Positions 10,269 to 19,800 of a stretch of DNA of 64,000 nt are shown here, piece after piece. A program made the position numbers and the translations under genes. This DNA is from Bacteroidales bacterium (GTDB lineage: Bacteria; Bacteroidota; Bacteroidia; Bacteroidales; UBA10428), in the NCBI GenBank assembly GCA_016929525.1, contig JAFGIP010000051.1, positions 62,162 through 126,161 of the forward strand, written 5' to 3'. Positions within the stretch are counted from its first letter, which is position 1; each line of letters starts with the position of its first letter. Under the pieces are notes generated by a model. That model saw only the letters and a list, made by a program, of their open reading frames with translations, had not been told where the DNA came from and searched no databases.

Positions 10269-11435
10269 TCAATATTCAAATACACCATGTTCGCCCTTTA
10301 TAGTAAGTCTCTTGCCACTCCATTTTTCAACCCTGCCAATAATTTGTGCATCGACATTAAATTCTTTAGAGATGTTAATAATGGTTTGAGCGTATTGTTC
10401 CGGTAAATAAATCTCAAACCTGTGTCCCATATTAAAGACTTCGTACATTTCCTGCCAGGTAGTTTCCGATTGTTCTTGTATTAATCTGAAAAGTAAAGGG
10501 GTAGGTAAAAGGTTATCTTTAATGATATGAAGGTTGTTAACAAATTTCATGACCTTGGTTTGTGCACCTCCGGAACAATGAATCATACCGTGGATTTTTG
10601 GTCGTAATTCTTTTAATACCGGTATAATTATGGGTGCATAGGTTCGGGTCGGAGATAATGCTAATTTTCCAATATCAACTATTGATTCCGGGACTATATC
10701 TGTAAGGCCATAACGCCCGGTGTAAACCAACGATGAAGGAATAAGGTCGTCGTAACTTTCCGGATATTTGTTTGCAAGATGATTATAGAATAAATCATGT
10801 CGAGCAGAAGTCAAACCATTACTGCCGATGCCGCTATTATATTCACTTTCATACGTGGCTTGTCCGTATGATGCGAGTCCAACAATCACATCTCCCGGTT
10901 GAATATTATTTTCTACAATTTCTTTTCGCTTTATTCTACTTGCTACCGTTGAGTCGACAACTATTGTGCGCACCAGATCACCAATGTCGGCCGTCTCACC
11001 CCCTGTAAGAAATATTTTCACTCCGAAACTGTTCAGATGAGTTATTAGTTCGTCGAACCCTCTCAGGATATGCATAATTACTTCACCGGGGATTTTTAAT
11101 TTATTTCTGCCTATCGTAGACGAAAGCAAAATATTATCAATTACACCAACACAAAGTAGATCATCAATATTCATAACAATGGCGTCTTGAGCAATACCTT
11201 TCCAAACCGATAAATCACGTGTTTCACGCCAATACATATATGCTAATGATGATTTTGTACCCGCACCGTCGGCATGCATAACTGTACAATATGAAGGATC
11301 GCCTGTAAAGAAATCGGGAAGAATTTTGCAGAATGCATTAGGGAATAATCCTTTGTCAAAATCTTCAACTGCCTTGTGTACATCTTCTTTCTGGGTAGAA
11401 ACGCCTCTCAAACTGTACCTTGTAGCTTCACTCAT
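10269..11435 (-). CDS. purM: AIR synthase-related protein (PurM-like phosphoribosylformylglycinamidine cyclo-ligase, Bacteroidota long form)
   Basis: 388 aa. ADGAGTKS and GGETAD motifs and the HCSGGAQTK C-terminal domain signature. Confidence 0.75.
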   Translation of the reverse strand: MSEATRYSLRGVSTQKEDVHKAVEDFDKGLFPNAFCKILPDFFTGDPSYCTVMHADGAGTKSSLAYMYWRETRDLSVWKGIAQDAIVMNIDDLLCVGVIDNILLSSTIGRNKLKIPGEVIMHILRGFDELITHLNSFGVKIFLTGGETADIGDLVRTIVVDSTVASRIKRKEIVENNIQPGDVIVGLASYGQATYESEYNSGIGSNGLTSARHDLFYNHLANKYPESYDDLIPSSLVYTGRYGLTDIVPESIVDIGKLALSPTRTYAPIIIPVLKELRPKIHGMIHCSGGAQTKVMKFVNNLHIIKDNLLPTPLLFRLIQEQSETTWQEMYEVFNMGHRFEIYLPEQYAQTIINISKEFNVDAQIIGRVEKWSGKRLTIKGEHGVFEY

Positions 11436-11454
11436 TTCATGAATTTTTGTGTTG

Positions 11455-11462
11455 CAAAATTA
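11455..11462 (-). promoter_or_regulatory. Bacteroidota -7 promoter box for purM-prfA
   Basis: CAAAatTA on the + strand (TAatTTTG on -), 20 nt upstream of the ATG at 11435. Confidence 0.45.
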
Positions 11463-11596
11463 TAAATAAATATGAAACCCACGTTTATTGTAAAAACAAA
11501 GGCGGTTGTTTGAAAACTGTGGTTTAATTTATCTGACAAATTATTTGGAGCGAGAATTTTATTTTTGAATAATTAAGGTTAACAACTTGAGAAGAA

Positions 11597-11639
11597 CAAA
11601 AAAAGGGAATAGATACTCCCAAATCCATTCCCTTTTTTC
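11597..11639. terminator. Rho-independent terminator after folE
   Basis: aagggaat (11603-11610) pairs with attccctt (11627-11634). An A-run lies 5' and a T-run 3', giving a U-run on either strand. Confidence 0.7.
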
Positions 11640-11656
11640 GAATGTAATTTACTAAT

Positions 11657-12370
11657 CTACTTTGTCTTATTTAAATATGAAAAGAATTCATTCCGGTATT
11701 CTTTGTCTTTGAATTTACCATGAAAGCTACTGGAGGTAGTTGAACTTCCATGATCTTTAATACCTCTCATTGCGACACACATATGCTCTGCCTCAATTAT
11801 TACTGCAACATCTTCCGTTTTAAGTGCATTTTTAAGTTCTTCGGCAATTTGTTCTGTAAGCCGTTCCTGCAACTGTGGTCTTCGGGAATAATAATCCACT
11901 ATCCTGTTAATTTTGGATAAACCAATTACATATCCGTTTGAAATGTATGCCACATGAGCCTTTCCGAGAATTGGTACAAAATGATGTTCGCAGTAAGAAT
12001 GAACTTTAATATCTTTCTCTACAAGCATCTGATTATAGTTGTACTTATTTTCGAATAGTGTTGCTTTTGGTTTATTTTTGGGATTCAAACCACTGAAAAT
12101 TTCATTAACATACATTTTTGCAACCCTGTTGGGTGTTTCCTGCAGGCTGTCGTCGGTTATATCTAAACCGAGTGCATCCATTATTTTTTCAAAATGCCAT
12201 GCAATTTTTTTAATTTTAGCATCGTTATCCGGCTCAAACAGCGGTTCTTCATTAAATTGTGTTTCACGATTAATGGAATTCTCAGTGTTGCCGACAACAC
12301 GCAAAAAATCTTTATATATTTCTTCCGATTTGTTTGTGTTAATTTTTGCTGTATTATCTTGAACTTTCAC
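11657..12370 (-). CDS. folE: GTP cyclohydrolase I
   Basis: 237 aa. Zinc and active-site motifs [12 protein letters not shown] and [11 protein letters not shown]. Confidence 0.93.
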   Translation of the reverse strand: MKVQDNTAKINTNKSEEIYKDFLRVVGNTENSINRETQFNEEPLFEPDNDAKIKKIAWHFEKIMDALGLDITDDSLQETPNRVAKMYVNEIFSGLNPKNKPKATLFENKYNYNQMLVEKDIKVHSYCEHHFVPILGKAHVAYISNGYVIGLSKINRIVDYYSRRPQLQERLTEQIAEELKNALKTEDVAVIIEAEHMCVAMRGIKDHGSSTTSSSFHGKFKDKEYRNEFFSYLNKTK

Positions 12371-12414
12371 TTTTCAAAATTAGATTGAGTTAATAATAAT
12401 GAGGCTGCACGATT

Positions 12415-12957
12415 TTAATTAAGATCATAATCCTTGAGTTTCTCCATAAGCTTTTTCCGGGTAAAAAATATTCGACTCTTTACAGTTCCGATCTTCAAAT
12501 TCAGTTTATCTGCAATTTCTTTATATTTATAACCCTGAGTATGCATCATAAAAGGTAATCTGAATTCATCACTTAATTCATTAATGCTTTTTTGTATCTC
12601 TTTAACAGAGTAATGTGAATCAGGAGATTCAAATGCTGATTCTTTATTGATGTTCAGATAATAAAGATCGTCAGTATTATCAAATGTTGTATTTGCCTTT
12701 ACATTACGTCTGTAATTATTAATAAATGTATTCTTCATTATTGTAAATGTCCAGGCTTTTAAATTTGTGTTTTCTTCAAATTTATCTCTGTAGGTAATTG
12801 CCTTTGCAAAAGTTTCCTGTAATAAATCCTTGGCATCTTCCAGGTTCGAGGTAAGACTCAAGGCAAATCTTTCAAGGTTACTTGAAAGATTAGTTAATTG
12901 GTAATTAAATTCTATTGCTGTCATAACTGTTCGAATTTGAGGTTTACCTGATTTCAT
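12415..12957 (-). CDS. ECF-type RNA polymerase sigma-70 family factor
   Basis: 180 aa. Region 2 (LLQETFAKAITYRDKF...NLKAWTFTIMKNTFINNYRR) and a region 4 HTH (GYKYKEIADKLNLKIGTVKSRIFFTRKKL). No anti-sigma gene is adjacent. Confidence 0.85.
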   Translation of the reverse strand: MKSGKPQIRTVMTAIEFNYQLTNLSSNLERFALSLTSNLEDAKDLLQETFAKAITYRDKFEENTNLKAWTFTIMKNTFINNYRRNVKANTTFDNTDDLYYLNINKESAFESPDSHYSVKEIQKSINELSDEFRLPFMMHTQGYKYKEIADKLNLKIGTVKSRIFFTRKKLMEKLKDYDLN

Positions 12958-12961
12958 TAAA

Positions 12962-12991
12962 TGTTTAACAAAAATATTGATAAGTTAAACA
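12962..12991. promoter_or_regulatory. Operator-like palindrome R1 (TGTTTAAC-N14-GTTAAACA) abutting the sigma factor start
   Basis: Perfect 8-bp inverted arms at 12962-12969 and 12984-12991. It lies 5 nt upstream of the ATG at 12957 and overlaps the candidate -7 box at 12969-12976. Confidence 0.5.
12969..12976 (-). promoter_or_regulatory. Candidate -7 promoter box for the ECF sigma gene
   Basis: CAAAaaTA on the + strand (TAttTTTG on -). It is only 12 nt from the ATG, implying a near-leaderless transcript if used. Confidence 0.3.
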
Positions 12992-13142
12992 CTAAACAAA
13001 TTCAGAACCTGCGTACACACCTTAATTTAAGGCTTATTATAAATAATAATAATATTCGAAAAAGTCTTTAATAAAGGATTACAAAACAATTAAATAGATT
13101 TATTCTAAATAAGATATAAATTACAATAAAATCTTTAACAAA

Positions 13143-13172
13143 TGTTTAACATATAATTAGAAAAGTTAAACA
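13143..13172. promoter_or_regulatory. Operator-like palindrome R2 (TGTTTAAC-N14-GTTAAACA), second copy
   Basis: Same perfect arms at 13143-13150 and 13165-13172 with the same 14-nt spacing, 181 bp from R1. Both copies share the flank aATGTTTAACA...AAGTTAAACA. Confidence 0.5.
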
Positions 13173-13308
13173 ATAAATTATGAATTTGCTGATAATCCAG
13201 TGCTATAGACCTGAATTTCTGCTTATTTTGAAGTATGTGAGTAATATCAACTACAAATTAATTGCAGCTAAGTTTAATAGTCAGGGTTTAATAAATTTAG
13301 TATAGTAA

Positions 13309-14199
13309 TTAAAGAGAATCGATATAGTTGAGTTCAGAAATCAAAATTTTGGGAGATCCGATAAATTTAATATTTGTGAAACCTGAACACAAATCTCTGA
13401 GTTTATTCTGACCGGTGATATATATAGATTTATCAGGGAATATTTTTGAAAGTCTTTCGAGATAATTCAAAGCTTCTTCATCGCTTAATGTAACTATAAA
13501 AGATAAATACAGATAATGACATGAACGAATTTTGTCTACTTCAATAAGGTCGTTAAACGGGACATTTTGGCCCAGATAAATTACCCGGTGTCCTCTTTTT
13601 CTGATCAGATAACTGGCAAACAGTAGCCCAAGTTCATGCATTTCACCTTCTGGCAGGAACAATAAAAAATTTTTAGTGTTTGGAGATTCACTTGAAAGCT
13701 GGCTATCGATGGCTACCAGCATTTTCTGGCGAATCAGGTTTGAAACGAAGTGTTCCTGTGCAGGATTGATTGTCCCTGTTTGCCACATGATACCAATTCG
13801 CATGAAGAATGGATTCAGCACTTTAATAACTGTATCTTCAAATCCTAACTGAATTATTGTTCTTGAAAGAATCCGTTCAAACTTGTTCTCGTCGAGATCG
13901 ATCATAGCAATAGCTAAGTTTTCGATCTGTGTCTCGGTATCTGTTAAATTTTCGGTTAACCTGCTTATGTTAGTAGTTATTTCATCATTTGTCAAATTAG
14001 CAATCTTAGAGATCTTGAATCCGTTTTTATTTAATATGGAAATATTTAGTAGTTTTTTAAGCTCCGCATCACAATATGTGCGAATATTTGTTGAAGTCCT
14101 TTCAGGCTCTATCAAACCATATCTTTTTTCCCAAATACGTATTGTGTGTGCTTTTATACCTGAAAGCTTTTCAAGATCTTTAATTGTATAATTTGCCAT
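13309..14199 (-). CDS. MerR-family regulator with C-terminal cobalamin-binding domain (CarH/LitR-like)
   Basis: N-terminal MerR HTH YTIKDLEKLSGIKAHTIRIWEKRYGL. Helical bundle with W-x9-EH (WQTGTINPAQEH). Rossmann B12 motif E-x-H-x-x-G (EMHELG) followed by RVIYLGQNVP. Start placed at MANYTIKD (14199); the ORF extends to 14223. Confidence 0.85.
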   Translation of the reverse strand: MANYTIKDLEKLSGIKAHTIRIWEKRYGLIEPERTSTNIRTYCDAELKKLLNISILNKNGFKISKIANLTNDEITTNISRLTENLTDTETQIENLAIAMIDLDENKFERILSRTIIQLGFEDTVIKVLNPFFMRIGIMWQTGTINPAQEHFVSNLIRQKMLVAIDSQLSSESPNTKNFLLFLPEGEMHELGLLFASYLIRKRGHRVIYLGQNVPFNDLIEVDKIRSCHYLYLSFIVTLSDEEALNYLERLSKIFPDKSIYITGQNKLRDLCSGFTNIKFIGSPKILISELNYIDSL

Positions 14200-14325
14200 T
14201 AGTTTAAATTTAATAATTAACAATAGTCTTTTTAGAAAGTTGGAGACTTTACTATTGTTACGGCAAGAATATTTGTTACATTATAGCATCTTATTCTCAA
14301 ACAAAAGAAATGAATATATTGTTTA

Positions 14326-14973
14326 TTATGAACTTTTTTTTCTTATCAGGTTTAAACCATCGCGTATTGGTAAGATAACGTTTTCTACCCTTCGATCATT
14401 TTTGATATGGTTATTGAAATTTATTATTCCCCTGGTTTCTTTATCTGCGTTGTCAGAACCTTTTATCACTTTACCGTCCCATAAAACATTATCAGCAATA
14501 ACATAACCTCCATTCCTGACTTTATCAATAACCACTTCATAATATTCTACATAATCTTTTTTTTCTCCGTCAATAAAAATAAGGTCGTATAAATTTTCAA
14601 GTCCCGGAATAATTTGTAACGCATCACCAACTATAATATTTACTGACCCTTCCAAGCCTGCTTTATGAATATATTTTTCCGCCAGGTGGATTATTTCATC
14701 ATTAATTTCAATGGTTGTTAATTTACCTCCTTTATCAAGTCCTTTTGCCATACAGATAGCTGAATAACCTGTAAATGTGCCTATTTCAAGAATATTTTTT
14801 GGACGTATCATCCTTGATATTATCTCCAGGAATTTACCCTGTAAATGTCCGGACAGCATCCTGGGGTACAAGGCTTTCAGATGAGTTTCACGGCTGAGTT
14901 CTTTCAGCAACTTGTCTTCATCTGAAGAATGAAGTTCTGCATAATCAAGAAGATCAGTGTTAATTTCAGGCAT
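14326..14973 (-). CDS. Class I SAM-dependent O-methyltransferase (Methyltransf_3 / caffeoyl-CoA OMT-like)
   Basis: 215 aa. ILEIGTFTGYSAICMA SAM motif, FIDGEKKDY, and GGYVIADNVLWDG. Confidence 0.85.
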   Translation of the reverse strand: MPEINTDLLDYAELHSSDEDKLLKELSRETHLKALYPRMLSGHLQGKFLEIISRMIRPKNILEIGTFTGYSAICMAKGLDKGGKLTTIEINDEIIHLAEKYIHKAGLEGSVNIIVGDALQIIPGLENLYDLIFIDGEKKDYVEYYEVVIDKVRNGGYVIADNVLWDGKVIKGSDNADKETRGIINFNNHIKNDRRVENVILPIRDGLNLIRKKSS

Positions 14974-14981
14974 AACAGATT

Positions 14982-16208
14982 TTATTCATAAATGAGATAT
15001 GATAAACAATCCGGATTAAAGATCTCATTTGTGACATCTCTTATCTGTTTTGCAGAGATAGCCTCAATTTTGTTATTTATCTCGGAAAGTGACTCTATTC
15101 TATTATATAGTAAAAGGCTTCTTCCGTTTGAAATCATCTGTGATTCATTACTTTCTGCTCCGATAGCAATTTGCCCTATTAATTGTCTCTTAGCTCTTGC
15201 TAATTGTACCGTACCTAATAACTTTTGTCGTAAAATCTTAAGCTCTCCGTGAGTTAGTTTAATACATTTATCCACATCAATTTTATTGGTGCCGAAATAT
15301 ATATTTATAATTCCGGTATCGCTATAAGTCGTATAATTTGATTCAACATTATATGCTAATCCTTTTCGTTCTCTCAGGTTCATATTTAGTCTTGAATTCA
15401 TTCCAGGACCTCCTAATAAGTTATTGAGAAGGTGTAAAGCATATCGTTTTTCACTGAGGTTGCCAAAAGCCTGATTACCAATTATACAATGTGCCTGGTA
15501 AGTGTTTTTAACACTCTTCTTTTTTATTGGTGAATATTTTGAGAGATCATATTGCTGCCTTGGTATTTTCCTTTTTTTTTCGGAAATATCAGAGAAGTAT
15601 TTCTCAAAATAAACAACAATTATTTTTAGCGATACATTGCCTACACTAGAAACAATCATCTCGTTAGTGGGGTAATTATCCTGGTAAAATTTTAAAAGAT
15701 CGTTTCTGCCATAACTATTTAAACTTTTTTCAGTGCCAAGTATATTACGCGCAACAGGATTACCTTTAAAAATAATCTCTTCAAAATCGTCGTAAAGTTG
15801 CTCATAAGGTGAATCTTTGTATGAGTTTATCTCATCCAGAATTACTACTTTTTCTTTGAAAATTTCCCGATCGGGGAATACCGAATTGAATATCATATCT
15901 GATATCAGTTCAAAAGCTCTGTCATAATAATTATTGAAAAAGGAAACCTGTATGCACGTTTCTTCTTTGGTTGTATATGCGTTTATTTCACCACCTACAT
16001 CTTCCATGCGACTCAGTATATGGTGAGCTTTTCTTTTATTTGTCCCCTTAAAAATGAGATGCTCTATAAAGTGTGCCATTCCAAGCTGAGAATCGCTTTC
16101 GTCTCTGGCCCCTGTATTTATAATAATTCCACAGTGCGCAACAGGTGATAGAGACGGTTTATGAATCAGCTTTATTCCGTTTTTTAATTTATGAATATAA
16201 TACTCCAT
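14982..16208 (-). CDS. M16 family zinc peptidase (insulinase-like)
   Basis: 408 aa. Inverted zinc motif HxxEH in GMAHFIEHLIFKGT. Confidence 0.85.
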   Translation of the reverse strand: MEYYIHKLKNGIKLIHKPSLSPVAHCGIIINTGARDESDSQLGMAHFIEHLIFKGTNKRKAHHILSRMEDVGGEINAYTTKEETCIQVSFFNNYYDRAFELISDMIFNSVFPDREIFKEKVVILDEINSYKDSPYEQLYDDFEEIIFKGNPVARNILGTEKSLNSYGRNDLLKFYQDNYPTNEMIVSSVGNVSLKIIVVYFEKYFSDISEKKRKIPRQQYDLSKYSPIKKKSVKNTYQAHCIIGNQAFGNLSEKRYALHLLNNLLGGPGMNSRLNMNLRERKGLAYNVESNYTTYSDTGIINIYFGTNKIDVDKCIKLTHGELKILRQKLLGTVQLARAKRQLIGQIAIGAESNESQMISNGRSLLLYNRIESLSEINNKIEAISAKQIRDVTNEIFNPDCLSYLIYE

Positions 16209-16232
16209 TCTAAATAAGGGTGACAGAGCTTA

Positions 16233-16240
16233 CAAAAGTA
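16233..16240 (-). promoter_or_regulatory. Bacteroidota -7 promoter box for the M16 peptidase operon
   Basis: CAAAagTA on the + strand (TActTTTG on -), 25 nt upstream of the ATG at 16208. Confidence 0.45.
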
Positions 16241-16363
16241 TTAAAATGTTAGAGGTTGTAGATAATTATTTTCTGATTTAAACGTAAGAAGTTGAACAGT
16301 AAACGTACCTTATGATTATTCCAATTAAATAAAAATCTTGTTTTGTAAAATGATTTTTTTGTA

Positions 16364-16371
16364 TAGATTTG
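16364..16371 (+). promoter_or_regulatory. Bacteroidota -7 promoter box for tRNA-Phe
   Basis: TAgaTTTG lies 19 nt upstream of the tRNA 5' end. A TTTG at 16342-16345 fits the -33 element. Confidence 0.5.
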
Positions 16372-16389
16372 CACCGCTTATCAAATGGC

Positions 16390-16462
<73 letters not shown>

Positions 16463-16478
16463 CAAGAAAAGATCAGGA

Positions 16479-16510
16479 GCGAGGTACAAGAAGTAACCTC
16501 GCTTTTTTTT
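16479..16510 (+). terminator. Rho-independent terminator after tRNA-Phe
   Basis: gcgaggt (16479-16485) pairs with acctcgc (16496-16502), followed by TTTTTTTT. Confidence 0.75.
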
Positions 16511-16820
16511 CTTTCATCCATCATAGCTTCATCGCAGGTGGATCTTTACTAGCGCTGACGCTCATACTGACACTTCAATTACATTAGTGCATTAAGGATT
16601 TATTTACATATTATTTACAACCATATCCTAAATGAACGGAGTACTCCTGAATTATGATTACATTAAATCAGAAAGAAGAGCAAATATTAGTATGCTTACC
16701 CAGAAGGAATTTTGTTTTATTGTTGACTTAATTAAGGCTTAAGAATGATAAAAATACAAGAATAATTACTATAATAATTGCCTTTTTTTTGATATATTTA
16801 ATAAGAAAGGCTTACCATAT

Positions 16821-19800
16821 ATGAAGTATTCATATCATATTATTACATGTTTATTTTTTCTGTTATTTGGAATTATATTATATGGGCAAAATTCATATAC
16901 ATTAAAATCACTAACAAAAAAAGAAGGATTATCATCAATAACTGTTTATACTATAATTAAGGACAAAAATGGATTTGTATGGATAGGCTCGGCTGACGGT
17001 CTTAACAAGTTTGATGGTCAAAAGGTATCCCGATATTTTTATGATCCCGGCAAAAAAACAAGCATATCATCTAATATTATTGAAAGGTTATACATTGACA
17101 GTAGTGGTCGTTTTTGGGTTGGCACTTTTGATAAATTACATCTTTATGATTACCATAAGGATGAGTTTATTGAAATAACAGACATACAGAAAGTTGAGAT
17201 CAAAAATAAAATAAGACATGTTCATACCATTGCTGAAGATGACGAAGGTTATCTATGGTTAGGTACACGTAATGGGTTATATAAACTTTGTGTAAGTTCT
17301 TCAAACAATATAGAAATTACAGATAAAACATACCTTATTAAAAGAAATGATATTGACAATGATAACTATGTGCGACAGGTCTTAATTGATAAAAACAATC
17401 AGTTATGGGTTGGAATAAAATACGGGAACAAAGGCGTTGTGCGAATTGATTTAAACGATAGCAGTGCTTACTTTTATTCCAATGACCCTAATAATATAAA
17501 CAGCCTTTCGAACAATGAAATAAGATATATGGATATAGCCGATGATGGAACACTTTATGTTGAAACAGCTGACGGTCTTAATTATTATAATGATTCACAA
17601 AACCAGTTTAAAAGAATTAAAACTTCTTCCGATTTTCAATATCATAAACTTATTATGTCTGTTCGCACCGGCGTTCATGAAGATATTAGCTCTTTGTTTG
17701 ACAAAAACAGAGAACTCATAATAAATAATTCTTTGGAATATTTGGAATCCAGTATTAATAATGAGATAACAAAGCAATTTTATTCAAGTATTAATAAAAA
17801 AGAAATTCTGACAGGATACGCAGATAATAAAGGAAATATTTGGTATGGGACATTATATAATGGAGTATACTATTTATGTAGAAATAATTTTGGGTTTAAG
17901 ACTTTCTCAAATTGCTCACAGGTTGAGCTAAATCAGATGGTAAGATCACTTTCCAATGATGAATCAACAAATACAATATGGTTTTCTGCTTATGACGAAA
18001 TTTATGAATACAGGAGAAACTCCGATCAATTAATCAGATACTCTTACAAATCAGGTAATAATCCTTTTAATTTAAATGAAGATGATGTGATTGGGGCAAT
18101 TTTCCTTGATTCCAGGAAAAAACTTTATATAGGATATAATGACGGCTTACTGATATATAATACCATTAGTAGAAAATTAGAACGTAAACTGGCATATTTA
18201 AATAACGATTTCAAAAGTTCCGCCACGGTGCCTGGTAATCAATTTCAATGTTTTTTTGAGACTTCGGATAACTTAATCTATATCGGATATTATGGTAAGT
18301 CAATTTCTACTTACAATCAGATAACAGGTGAGTTAGTGCACTATAATAATATTTATCCTGAAATACTTAACAGCTCAGTATTTTCGATCCTGGAATCCGA
18401 AAAGCGCGTTATCTGGTTAGGAACAAGTCATGGTGTAGTTAAAATTGATTTCAACAATCACGAAGCTACCAAATTCAGATTTGACCCGATGAATATAATT
18501 AAAAGCATTGTTATTGATCAAAAGCAAAGAATTTGGGCAGGGGGTAACGGTCTTTTATATTTAAATAAGATTACTCAGGAGTTCGAATATGACACCGTTG
18601 TTGAAACTAAATATAATATAAGGAATATTTTAGCTCAGAATAATGCTCTTTGGTTATCGACACAGTTAGGACTTATTAAATATCTGCCGGATAGCGCAAG
18701 CTATATATTGTATTCAGTTGAACATGGTATCCGGAGTGAAGATCTGTTTAGTTCTATTGGAGGACTTTCGCAAAATGGAGAATATATTATCGGGAGCGAT
18801 AAGGGATTAACAATGTTTTTTCCAGACAGTGTTATAACACAATCTGATTTTCCTGAAATAAGATTAAAAGAATGTTATATAAATAATGTTGTAATGAACA
18901 TTGGGCAGGAACTGAACGGGCAAGTTATTTTAACAGAATCTATTATTAATACCGACAGGATAGACCTTAATTATAAAAACAATTCATTTTCATTTGAATT
19001 TTCAGCCATTGAGTTTTTAACACCCGATAAAATACTGTTTAAGTATAAACTTGAAGGGTTTGACAATATTTGGATCGACGTTGAAGAGGGATCAAATAAA
19101 GTAGTATACACAAATATTCCACCAGGTGAATATAAACTATTAATAGTTTCAACGAATACTTTAGGTCAGTGGAATAAAACTCCGTTTGAACTGGAACTGA
19201 ATATTGCATTTCCATTTTGGCAAACATGGTGGTTCAGAGTCTTGGTAGTAATCATTATTATACTAATTATTAACACTATAATTCGTTTGCGATTAAGATT
19301 TTTCAAGGAGAATGAGAAGATACTTAAAAACAAAGTTCATGAACGGACCCTTGAATTGGAAGAGAACCAAATAGAAATAATTGCACAAAAAGAAGAATTA
19401 GAGAGACAACGAGATGCACTGAATGAATTAAACAAGAAGCTTGAAGAACAAAACCGCGAAATCATTCAACATAGAAATCACCTTGAAGATATAGTTGAAA
19501 ATCGCACAAAAGAACTGATTCAGGCTAAAGTAAAGGCCGAAGAGAGTGACAGATTAAAATCGATGTTCTTGGCAAATATGAGTCACGAGATACGGACACC
19601 AATGAATGCCATTTTAGGTTTCTCAAGCTTGCTTAATAAACCTGACATAACAGAAAGGGAAAAAATAACTTTTATAAATTATATTAATACAAATGGAGAG
19701 TCTTTACTTAGGTTGATTGAAGATATAATCGATATTTCGCAAATTCAGACACACCAGCTTAAATTCAATATACAAAGCTTTGTAATCGACGATCTTCTTC

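Noticed and set aside
14224-14325. Direct repeat TTGTTAC (14255-14261 and 14273-14279) and an AGTCT/AGACT inverted repeat upstream of the MerR-B12 gene, as a possible CarH operator
   Set aside because: The 18-bp spacing does not fit the 11-bp tandem-repeat CarH operator described for Thermus. The repeats are short, so chance occurrence in AT-rich DNA cannot be excluded. The 8-14-8 dyads downstream are much stronger candidates.
14240-14506. 88-aa + strand ORF spanning the MerR-OMT spacer
   Set aside because: It overlaps the 3' end of the O-methyltransferase on the opposite strand. It is hydrophobic low-complexity sequence from AT-rich DNA.
16463-16820. Possible integrated-element scar next to tRNA-Phe (a tRNA as an att site)
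   Set aside because: I found no direct repeat of the tRNA 3' end downstream. There is no integrase, transposase or phage gene. The next gene is an ordinary hybrid sensor kinase.
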